Part shown: piece after piece, positions 26,761 through 36,930 of the stretch | Layout: each line of letters begins with the position of its first letter | Numbering within the stretch: the first letter of the stretch is position 1 | Assembly: GCF_001194135.2 (NCBI RefSeq) | Contig: NC_068981.1 | Location: forward strand, 54,605,747 to 54,669,746 | Length of the DNA: 64,000 nucleotides | Direction: 5' to 3' | Source of the DNA: Octopus bimaculoides | Taxonomy: Eukaryota | Translations under genes and position numbers: made by a program | Notes under the pieces: model-generated | What the model was told of the DNA's origin: nothing | Database searches by the model: none | The model's input: only the letters and a program-made list of their open reading frames with translations

Positions 26761-27978
26761 TGGAAAAGAAACAAATGAATTTATTTAACAATCCAACATT
26801 TACAATGAAATTGTTTGAAAGTATGAGCATATTTTCATAATTTCCTTTTGGTGGTGGTTACACGAGATTGGAAAGGAGAATGCACTAATGAGAATTTCCA
26901 TTGTCTTCTCTAGCCTTGCAGAAATATTTGGTGTCAGTTCTGAAAAGTGAGGAAATACTTGATGCATTAAAGGAATGGTATGTCCAAAGCCTGTGTGTCT
27001 TTGCGGCGTGTGTGGGTAGATGAGTGTTGGACGTTGGAATGTACTAAAAACTTTGTCTTTATGCAGTTAATTTAGAGCAAAGTGAAATCCATCCTTCTCG
27101 AAGCTATACTCAGCGGAGGTCTTGAACTGAATACAGTGAGCTAGCAAAATTCTCGTTGATCTTACATTATTGCGGCTGCTTACAATGTTGAACTACATCA
27201 CCCTACAGCATTAATTTAGAGCGAGCTGAACCTGATATTATAATTAAAAGTAGTTTAGTTCAGTTAGGGAAAATATATTTTATACATTAAACACTATTTA
27301 GAAATAATTATACTGAGAGGGAAAACAATCTTTGTGAATGACGCAAATACTGGAGACAACCCCAGTATATTTAAACTTCATTATGACCTCATCAACGAAA
27401 AGTTGACTTCACCGCACTTAAAGTAGTGATGGAGAAGTAAGTAAATGCAGAAGATTGTACACTAGTTGGATTAGAAAAATAGAATTGCTTAAATAAGTGG
27501 TTTGACCGCGGACATAATAGTGGGCTTATCAAAATATTGTCGGGTGACTTCTCACGTGGAATCTATGTTCTGACAATTCAACTATCTACTATTTCTGGAA
27601 ATGTCTGAATATTAAATTTAATAAAAACATATAGGTATTAAGACTTTTTCCTTGAATACCATCCAGAATTATCACTCAATCCGGCAATAAAAGTTCTTTG
27701 CATACTCACGTGCGGATGCACATATACATACACACTTGTATATGCATACTTATGCAGGTAATTATACACCTACGTATAATGTTAGCTCTTTTTCTTACTC
27801 AAAGCCATAAACTTAAATCTCGTTATTTTTCCTATTGTTGTGAATCCGTGTTTGTCAACCTACCTCTTGATTACATTTACAAACATATCACAGCTTATGC
27901 ATTCAGCCAGTCCTTAAAAGATCAACCAACATACTTACCTTTCACTCGACAAACAGCCAATATAACAATTTCCAGCAC

Positions 27979-28036
27979 ATGCTGATGAAACATATATGCG
28001 CTGGGTCAACTCTCTATTGCTTGGCGGTCACATTTG
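27979..28036 (+). CDS. Candidate first coding (signal peptide) exon of the chitin-binding membrane protein
   Basis: ATG...MLMKHICAGSTLYCLAVTF+G then donor GTACGT; phase 1 matches the acceptor at 33045 (G|AT = Asp). The pairing is inferred; three assembly gaps lie in between. Confidence 0.45.
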
Positions 28037-28472
28037 GTACGTGCAAATGACGAAACATGCCACCTCCATTCCAGAATAAATCTGACTATACATCACTCTT
28101 TCATTTTGTATTGCTGCACTGTTGTTCTACCACTCTTGCTTTTGATTCAACTAACTCTTATCTTCACCAAATCTTCACCTAATTTTCTTTCTTTTTCTTA
28201 TCTTTTCTTTCTTTTCTTTCTTTTCTTCTTCTTTTTTTTTTTTTGAATGGCTGCGCTGAGAAACATTCCAAGCAGATATGTAAGATTCATTTGTAGGGCT
28301 TAATGTATGCGTTGGAACGAAAGATATGGGAGTGAAGAAGAAACGATTAATATAGATAAACGTCAAATGTGATAGTAAACGCCTGTCAAAGTTAAAGAGA
28401 TCGAGTGACTCATTCATGATCTTTCCTTTTTGCATTGGAATGATTCTATATAGTTTATATGATGAATCAATA

Positions 28473-28478
28473 ACCACC

Positions 28479-28560
<82 letters not shown>
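28473..28560. repeat. (CCA)n/(CTA)n trinucleotide microsatellite
   Basis: Directly visible. Confidence 0.95.
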
Positions 28561-29207
28561 TTTGTTTGTTCTTGCTTTANNNNNNNNNNNNNNNNNNNNN
28601 NNNNNNNNNNNNNNNNNNNNNNNNNNNNNNNNNNNNNNNNNNNNNNNNNNNNNNNNNNNNNNNNNNNNNNNNNNNNNNNNNNNNNNNNNNNNNNNNNNNN
28701 NNNNNNNNNNNNNNNNNNNNNNNNNNNNNNNNNNNNNNNNNNNNNNNNNNNNNNNNNNNNNNNNNNNNNNNNNNNNNNNNNNNNNNNNNNNNNNNNNNNN
28801 NNNNNNNNNNNNNNNNNNNNNNNNNNNNNNNNNNNNNNNNNNNNNNNNNNNNNNNNNNNNNNNNNNNNNNNNNNNNNNNNNNNNNNNNNNNNNNNNNNNN
28901 NNNNNNNNNNNNNNNNNNNNNNNNNNNNNNNNNNNNNNNNNNNNNNNNNNNNNNNNNNNNNNNNNNNNNNNNNNNNNNNNNNNNNNNNNNNNNNNNNNNN
29001 NNNNNNNNNNNNNNNNNNNNNNNNNNNNNNNNNNNNNNNNNNNNNNNNNNNNNNNNNNNNNNNNNNNNNNNNNNNNNNNNNNNNNNNNNNNNNNNNNNNN
29101 NNNNNNNNNNNNNNNNNNNNNNNNNNNNNNNNNNNNNNNNNNNNNNNNNNNNNNNNNNNNNNNNNNNNNNNNNNNNNNNNNNNNNNNNNNNNNNNNNNNN
29201 NNNNNNN

Positions 29208-29811
29208 GTTTGTGTCTAACAAAGAGAACAAGACGTCCCTGAACCTCAGATGATACGATTGAACAAGTTCGGCAAGCCTTCCAGCGCAGCCCCCAGAAAT
29301 CAGTCAGAATAGCCAGTCGAGAACTTCAGTTCCCATCAACAACTGTTTGGTGCGTCATAAGGAGACCGCTGCAGTTCACACCACACAAACTGCAATTGGT
29401 TCAACAGCTGAAGGACACTGATAAACCAGTTTACCATGAATTTTGCACAGGCGCGTCCTGCTCTCTTTGTCGGGCACAAACACCCCTCCTCCTGAATTTT
29501 GCATGCCAATTCAAAATAGAACGTCTGTCTGGTGCCTGCTTGGTAAACGTTGTACGAAATTTGCGCTGAACACGTGTCCATGATTCAGTTTTAGCGTATT
29601 CTAGGATGCGAAATGACTTCTCTTGTTATGTGAATGACATTACTGGATCTGAAAAGAGACAGAAAACAAAATTGAATTAAATTAAAATTAAATTAACACA
29701 AGAAAACTTGATACTTTTAGATTTTAAATGGTACCAGTTCAATTATGCTACCATTTTTAGTTCATGATATAAGAGTTCTTAGAATGTGACATAGACTTTT
29801 GAAACACTCTG
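29208..29811. mobile_element. Tc1/mariner-superfamily derivative with an inverted duplication of the transposase 5' end
   Basis: Plus: CLTKRTRRP..SDDTIEQVRQAFQRSPQKSVRIASRELQ..PHKLQLVQQLK. Minus from 29640: QEKSFRILEYAKTESWTRVQRKFRTTFTKQAPDRRSILNWHAKF (DUF4817-like HTH). Terminus TA|CAGAGTGTTTCAAAA on the minus strand. Confidence 0.75.
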
Positions 29812-29813
29812 TA

Positions 29814-30420
29814 TCTATATATATAAATGGCAATTTCTATCTGTCTGTCTGTCTGTCTGTATGTATGTATGTTACCATCTTTGCATACATGTTACACCAA
29901 CATCCAGTTCAATAATAGGCTAATTGGATTTCAATAAAAATCTATAATATGCTCTCCAGGAGTGTTGGACGAATTATGATAAAATGAGAAGGTTGCAAAA
30001 AGTATTAGTCTGAGGAAAATGTAGTAACAGAGAGAGGGTGACTTATATCAGTGAAGGTGAGAACAGCGGTGGCAATGGGATGACATGGAAGATCGTTAGA
30101 TCAGAACGAAAGGAAAACGCTGGGAGAAATGTTTTCTTTGAAAAGAGAAAAGATAGCAGAGAGAGACAGAAGACGTCCAGTCCTAGAACGTCGTGCAGGA
30201 AAAAAAGATGGTCACGTGAGGAAAAGAAAGATGGACGATGGTCACGTGTGAGCAACGAGAGAGAGAGAGAGAAAAAGAGAAAGAGAGAGAGAGAGAGAGA
30301 GAGATAGAAAACGGTGAAGGTGAGAAAAGGGAATTAGAGAAGGATGGGGGAGAAAACAGTGTAGAGTAGAGTCGCGTCAAAAAGGTTAAGATAAACCTAT
30401 TTGGAAATGGATGCGTGGCG
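29814..30420 (+). mobile_element. Non-autonomous Helitron-like element (5' end plus AG-rich body)
   Basis: A|TCTATATATATAAA..(CTGT)n start with a purine-rich interior like the reverse complement of 14963-15654. Confidence 0.45.
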
Positions 30421-31138
30421 TTCAATTAAATAATAATATAATATAATATAATATAATATAATATAATACATACACANNNNNNNNNNNNNNNNNNNNNNNN
30501 NNNNNNNNNNNNNNNNNNNNNNNNNNNNNNNNNNNNNNNNNNNNNNNNNNNNNNNNNNNNNNNNNNNNNNNNNNNNNNNNNNNNNNNNNNNNNNNNNNNN
30601 NNNNNNNNNNNNNNNNNNNNNNNNNNNNNNNNNNNNNNNNNNNNNNNNNNNNNNNNNNNNNNNNNNNNNNNNNNNNNNNNNNNNNNNNNNNNNNNNNNNN
30701 NNNNNNNNNNNNNNNNNNNNNNNNNNNNNNNNNNNNNNNNNNNNNNNNNNNNNNNNNNNNNNNNNNNNNNNNNNNNNNNNNNNNNNNNNNNNNNNNNNNN
30801 NNNNNNNNNNNNNNNNNNNNNNNNNNNNNNNNNNNNNNNNNNNNNNNNNNNNNNNNNNNNNNNNNNNNNNNNNNNNNNNNNNNNNNNNNNNNNNNNNNNN
30901 NNNNNNNNNNNNNNNNNNNNNNNNNNNNNNNNNNNNNNNNNNNNNNNNNNNNNNNNNNNNNNNNNNNNNNNNNNNNNNNNNNNNNNNNNNNNNNNNNNNN
31001 NNNNNNNNNNNNNNNNNNNNNNNNNNNNNNNNNNNNNNNNNNNNNNNNNNNNNNNNNNNNNNNNNNNNNNNNNNNNNNNNNNNNNNNNNNNNGAATAGAA
31101 TGGAGGAAGTGGAGCAAGAACACACACGAAAACGAAAA

Positions 31139-31183
31139 GTGCCGCTGAAGAGGTCACAGATAAGTGACGAAAGATTTCCGGAC
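31139..31183 (+). ncRNA. Minimal type-I hammerhead ribozyme motif in a 196-nt repeat unit
   Basis: GT(G)CCG-CTGAAGA-G-GTCAC-AGATAA-GTGAC-GAAA-GATTT-C-CGGAC; core, 5-bp stem II, stem I and UUC triplet present; the 5' half recurs at 31335-31354. Confidence 0.68.
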
Positions 31184-32144
31184 AATGGACATGAGTTAGA
31201 ATAAAATAAGAACAGTGATAAACGAGTGAAGGAAAAATATATAGTGCGTATTTATTTGGCAAAGATTAAAAAAAAAAAAAAAAATAATGACTGTCCCGAA
31301 ATACAATATCCGTTTCAACACACGAAAACGAAAAGTGTCGCTGAAGAGGTCACATATGTGTATATATAATAAAGAAGAAGAAATTGAAGTTAATTCTTTA
31401 TATAATAACATACGCTCACACACATGCTTATGTTATGTTCATATATACACATAGAAAGATCATTTGCTGAGAGATATTTAGAAAACAGTTATGTGCATAT
31501 CTATCTATCGGTCGGTCTGTCTGTCTGTCTGTCTATACACAGACATGCTCGCACACACGTATTGAACCCTCGTCAGACCGTACAGCATGTCTGGTTTAGC
31601 GGATTGTCTGTGTTAACCGATGATAGGAGGCTAATATTGTATAAGTGTACGATGCAGGAAATATATACACTTAACGCTGAACTTGATAATCAATAAAATA
31701 TTTCAGGAAATACCGTAACTTTATAAAAAAGATAAATAACTTTATAAAAGATATAAATATATATTTTATGAAATTCTTTTTTTTTTATTACGGTATGTAA
31801 AAATTAAAAATTAATACTGCAAATTGTTAATTCTATCTACGTGTAGGAAATAACACTTGATGTGGTAGTAGAGGTCGTGTTGACATTTTTCATTATGACT
31901 CAGTAGAGATGCGATGATACTCCACTGATCCCTGTTTCCTACTTGTAGAAGTCTGAGATGTGGCGGAATGTGAAAAAAAAATATCTGTCAATACTTTTGA
32001 AAACTACGTCAATGTTATAGTGTCCAGTTACTCGCTTTTCTATATAGCCCATACCTCGTATTTCGTAAAGAAAACTGTATATACATACACGGCATATTAA
32101 TTTGTTTAAATAATTTGCTTTATCCTAATCATATAAGGAAATCG

Positions 32145-32288
32145 GAGGCGCAATGGCCCAGTGGTTAGGGCAGCGGACTCGCGGTCATAGGATCGCGGTT
32201 TCGATTCCCAGGCGCTGTGAGTGTTTATTGAGCGAAAACACCTAAAGCTCCACGAGGTTCCGGCAGGGGATGGTGGTGAACCCTGCTG
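32145..32288 (+). mobile_element. SINE family B, 3'-truncated at the foldback element
   Basis: GGAGGCGCAATGGCCCAGTGGTTAGGGCAGCGGACTCGCGG... matches 14140-14292; the match stops where the inverted repeat starts. Confidence 0.85.
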
Positions 32289-32577
32289 GGCGATCATTCG
32301 ATAGTAGTGCGCTACTTGTCAACCAGTACCTGCTGATTGTCAACCAGCTGGTCAACATGTCTTTGTTTACATCAATTCGGCAATTTCCGTAAAGAAAGAG
32401 GGAAAGGGCGTTAGTCAGCAGGTAGCAGACAGCAGGTAGCAGACAGCAGGTAGCAGACAGCAGGNNNNNNNNNNNNNNNNNNNNNNNNNNNNNNNNNNNN
32501 NNNNNNNNNNNNNNNNNNNNNNNNNNNNNNNNNNNNNNNNNNNNNNNNNNNNNNNNNNNNNNNNNNNNNNNNNNNNN

Positions 32578-32614
<37 letters not shown>

Positions 32615-32831
32615 TAAAAACACATATCACTTAGAGAGAGAGAGAGAGAGAGAAAGCGAGTGCCTGCTGTCTGCTACCTGCTGACTAAGCCCTTTCCCTC
32701 TTTCTTTACGGAAATTGCCGAATTGATGTAAACAAAGACATGTTGACCAGCTGGTTGACCAGCTGACTACTGGTTGACAATCAGCAGGTACTGGTTGACA
32801 AATAGCGCACTACTATCGAATGATCGCCCAG
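32286..32831. mobile_element. Long near-perfect foldback (MITE/FB-like) element
   Basis: CTGGGCGATCATTCGATAGTAGTGCGCTA...GGTAGCAGACAGCAGG is mirrored by CCTGCTGTCTGCTACC...TAGCGCACTACTATCGAATGATCGCCCAG; inner (TC)n/(AG)n arms; contains a gap. Confidence 0.85.
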
Positions 32832-33044
32832 AAAATATCTTATACTTTAAGATTGTGTACTGAGAGATCCACAATTTTGCTCATTTGAAACATTCAGTAT
32901 CGCACTGCACAGTCAGTAGCTTCATAAAAAGTAACGGATTATAAAAAGAAATTCCAATAAGTTCGAATAATTTGTTTTCTATTAAAATCTTTTGGCAACG
33001 TAGTTTAAAATTTACACATGTGTCCTACAATCGTATTTTGACAG

Positions 33045-33280
33045 ATCTCTGTAGAAAGGTCTCACTACCGTGTCCTGCAGGTGAAAGATTCAGAGATGCA
33101 GTCACATGTCGGGAATACTATGAATGTGGATATGACGGTCAGTTTTTAATCAAGCGACTTTGTCCCGGAAGAAAAGAGTTTGACTCTAAACGTGGTTTCT
33201 GTGTTGTCAGTTCATCATTTAAATGTGAAACTCCAGTAAGATGTCCAAATCTATCTTGGTCAAATAATCTAATCCCAGCG
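33045..33280 (+). CDS. Exon encoding a chitin-binding type-2 (peritrophin-A/CBM14) domain
   Basis: ttttgacag|(D)LCRKVSLPCPAGERFRDAVTCREYYECGYDGQFLIKRLCPGRKEFDSKRGFCVVSSSFKCETPVRCPNLSWSNNLIPA|gtaagg; six Cys spaced CX11CX5CX11CX12CX7C with YYEC and FD motifs typical of CBM14. Confidence 0.85.
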
Positions 33281-33499
33281 GTAAGGTATATATTTATATA
33301 TAAATTTACAATATTAAAATGATTTTCATTGCTTAGTGGAAGCCTTTTTGAATGCTGTACGGAAATATGAAATTTGATAGAATATAATATTTCACATGAT
33401 TTTCCTTGGCTGCTAGATGAAAATATTTAAACAAAATATTAATTTCGTCTAACTCGGCACCAGACCGAATTTTAGCTATGTATTACTTATAACTTGTGA

Positions 33500-33835
33500 A
33501 AGCGCATGGTTCGGTGGTTAGGGCGTCGGACTCACAATCATGAGATAGTGAGTTCGATCCCTGGACCGGGTTGTGCGTGTTGTGTTTTTGAGCAAGATAC
33601 TTTCTTTCATGTTGCTCGAGTTCACTCAGCTGTAGAAATGAGTTGCAACGTCACTGGTGCCAAGCTGTATTGGCCTTTGCCTTTCCATTGGATAACATCC
33701 ATGACGTAGAGAGGGAAGGCTGGTATGCATGGGCGACTGCTGGTCTTCCATAAACAACCTTGCCCAGACTTGTGCCTCGGAGGGTAACTTTCTAGGTGCA
33801 ATCCCATGGTCATTCATGAACGAAGGGGGTCTTTG
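33500..33835 (+). mobile_element. tRNA-derived SINE (family D) in the intron between the CBM14 and TM exons
   Basis: TGGTTCGGTGGTTAGG (A box), GAGTTCGATCCC (B box), TTGAGCAAGATAC..CACTCAGCTGTAGAAATGAGT core; a minus copy lies at ~63300-63520. Confidence 0.82.
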
Positions 33836-33911
33836 ATTTTTTTCAACCGTATCTCTACATCATGAAACTTTAAATCCATTCATGTACTTTTGATATCGTT
33901 GTAATTTCTAG

Positions 33912-34027
33912 GAGAATTCCTTCCCGACTGACTACGTAGTGGGTGGTGTACTTGGATCTCTTGCACTTGTTACCCTGTCAATTCTGATAGTTGCATGTAT
34001 AAGAAAATGGCAGATAAGAAAAAAAAG
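33912..34027 (+). CDS. Transmembrane exon of the chitin-binding protein
   Basis: atttctag|ENSFPTDYVVGGVLGSLALVTLSILIVACIRKWQIRKK+AG|gtaaga; phase 0 matches the previous exon; ~22-residue hydrophobic helix followed by a basic stop-transfer. Confidence 0.85.
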
Positions 34028-34910
34028 GTAAGAATGGAATCTAAAAAAATGTCTTGTACCTAAAACTTTTTTCTGTGTATTTCACCCTTATAACATTCAC
34101 TCTCGATTTTCGCCCACATATAACAGAAAAGGAGTGTAGTATGTTGCAATTTATTGCAAAACATTAACAACATTGTATTAATTTGTCATTATTATAAAGA
34201 AACTTTCGACCTAAAAAATAATATGATACATGGGTATCAATCTAAACCATTTTCTAACTGGTTTTGATAAGCAATGAAATCGTATTTCGATAGCTGTGTG
34301 AATAGTTTTGCTCATAGATATTGTCCTTTTTTTCAATTGCTTCATAATCGGCAACGAGAAACTGGGACTAATAATTCCGGAAGGTCCAGCTCCTAATGAA
34401 ATGTAGAAATATATGTGGAAATCAATCAAGTGATAGAGCGGAAGTGGTTAAGAAAAATGCATTTCAAGTTACTAATCCTTGAAAATTCGTTCTTTATGCG
34501 TTTGACTGAACCCTTTTGGTAAGAGTGGGTGTATACGTGAATGAACGTTAGGATATGTGTGTGTGCACTTCGTGTTGGTAGCAATATACAGTGTTACAGA
34601 TTGATAATGTGATGGTGGGTGCAACAGCTGGTGCGTCACTTCAATTGTCGACCGCACAAGTGGGCGGTAATTTGGAAGTTATTGTACCACGGTAGCCCAT
34701 TACATGTTGGCACAGATCTTCGATCGATCCCAGAACTTGACTGATAAAACCCAAAGTTAACCTCAATGTGATTTGAATTCGTTATATAATGAACTAGAAA
34801 AAACACCGCAAGGTGCTTTAACGGTTCTGCCAACACACCACCCCTTCTAAAAAAATTTTTAATAATAAAAATTTATACAAAATATTTAACTCATTAATTA
34901 TTTATTTCAG

Positions 34911-35031
34911 CCGTCGACGAATTCAACTACGGAAAAATCTTCGTAGCAGGCGTATGGTACCAGTTTTTGATAGTTCCGATTATTTTCACGACAAGATGGC
35001 TCAAATGTACGAAAGAATAAGTAGTAGCCAC
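34911..35031 (+). CDS. Juxtamembrane cytoplasmic exon, 121 nt
   Basis: tttatttcag|C+RRRIQLRKNLRSRRMVPVFDSSDYFHDKMAQMYERISSSH|gtaagt; phase 2 to phase 0 links the TM exon to the last exon. Confidence 0.8.
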
Positions 35032-36487
35032 GTAAGTTTCGAGTGACCAATTGATTTATTTTAACAGTTTTATAGTCATTACAATATGTAAAGCAGGGAT
35101 CATAATGATAACCCACGTCATAAAGTAGATAACACTAGATGATAACATTATTACACATAAAAAGGTCTCAAAATTACCACAAAAGCTCGACTTTGCAATC
35201 CCTAGTGATCTTTTATGGTGAATTTTATGTATAACATTATGGAAACTGCGTACCACGCTTCATTTTCAGAGCCTGGAAATACTTCAGCTTTTACCAGCAG
35301 TTTACAAAGTTCAGTCCAACCTACATTGGAGCACAGATCCATGGCGGTGCTTTTGCTACATACATACAAGCGTGGATGTATATAAATGAAGGCACCTGAG
35401 GTTCTTAGGAAAGATTTGCTCACCAACGTGTCTCACTGATACGCTGTTTCATTTCTTTCTCTTCTTGAATGGTTTCTGCGCTTTTGAACAATCCAGATAC
35501 ATACCTCTTCCTCCGACAGGCTCGCTTGACATACTCATCCCTCTTCTAGTCTTCATTATATGCCTAGCTCCCAGATCTCTCACCAAAACCTTATATGTAT
35601 ATATGTAACACAAATTATCCTCATGCGCACGTAAAACAACGAGAATCAAAAGGATGATGTACATTTTCATCCCTAACACTGTCCTACAGATTTGAACGTG
35701 AATTTGTTAAACGTTTTTGTATTTCACCTTCAGAGAACAGTTTTGAAAGAAGTTTTTTGAAGGCGAAATACGAGAGCATTTACGTAATATATTCACTTTG
35801 AAATCTGCTGGAACGTATTGAAAATGTATATGAACATAACATGCGAATATATATATATATATATANNNNNNNNNNNNNNNNNNNNNNNNNNNNNNNNNNN
35901 NNNNNNNNNNNNNNNNNNNNNNNNNNNNNNNNNNNNNNNNNNNNNNNNNNNNNNNNNNNNNNNNNNNNNNNNNNNNNNNNNNNNNNNNNNNNNNNNNNNN
36001 NNNNNNNNNNNNNNNNNNNNNNNNNNNNNNNNNNNNNNNNNNNNNNNNNNNNNNNNNNNNNNNNNNNNNNNNNNNNNNNNNNNNNNNNNNNNNNNNNNNN
36101 NNNNNNNNNNNNNNNNNNNNNNNNNNNNNNNNNNNNNNNNNNNNNNNNNNNNNNNNNNNNNNNNNNNNNNNNNNNNNNNNNNNNNNNNNNNNNNNNNNNN
36201 NNNNNNNNNNNNNNNNNNNNNNNNNNNNNNNNNNNNNNNNNNNNNNNNNNNNNNNNNNNNNNNNNNNNNNNNNNNNNNNNNNGTGTGTGTGTGTGTGTAT
36301 GCACATACATACATACATACATGCACGCATACATACGTACATACATACATATATACATGCATACATACGTACATACATATACACATACATACACACACAT
36401 GCATATATATATGCATACATACGTACATACATACACGCATACATACGTACATACATACACACATACATACATACATACATACATACA

Positions 36488-36518
<31 letters not shown>

Positions 36519-36579
36519 CCTATGCTTCTTTGTTGCTTGTAAATAATATTTAAATATGGTTGATCTTTTCTTTCTGCAG

Positions 36580-36930
36580 AATATTTCACGTCCATATTAT
36601 CCACCAATGTTTAGACCGATGGCGATGCGACCGCAATACGTCCAACCGTATAGATACCCACATCCTTTTGGAAATTTCGATAGTTTCGGTTCCAGCGATC
36701 CTGCTCTGTACATACCAAATGTTCATAGTGAACAGAGTGATGAACCATCAATTATTACTGGAAGTTTTATCTACCATAGCCCGAACAATCTACCACCGCA
36801 TTTTATCTCTAACCCTAACTACAATGATCCGGATTTATCTTACGACAGTTTCAAGAACGATCACTTTTTCGCAAGCAGCTCTCTTGGAGTCATAAACAAT
36901 ACACTGACAACTCGCCAGCTGCATCTCTGA
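36580..36930 (+). CDS. Terminal exon, Tyr/Pro-rich cytoplasmic tail
   Basis: cttttctttctgcag|NISRPYYPPMFRPMAMRPQYVQPYRYPHPFGNF...SNPNYNDPDLSYDSF...TTRQLHL-TGA; strong acceptor, phase 0; AATAAA occurs downstream (e.g. ~37168). Confidence 0.78.
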   Translation, partial: NISRPYYPPMFRPMAMRPQYVQPYRYPHPFGNFDSFGSSDPALYIPNVHSEQSDEPSIITGSFIYHSPNNLPPHFISNPNYNDPDLSYDSFKNDHFFASSSLGVINNTLTTRQLHL

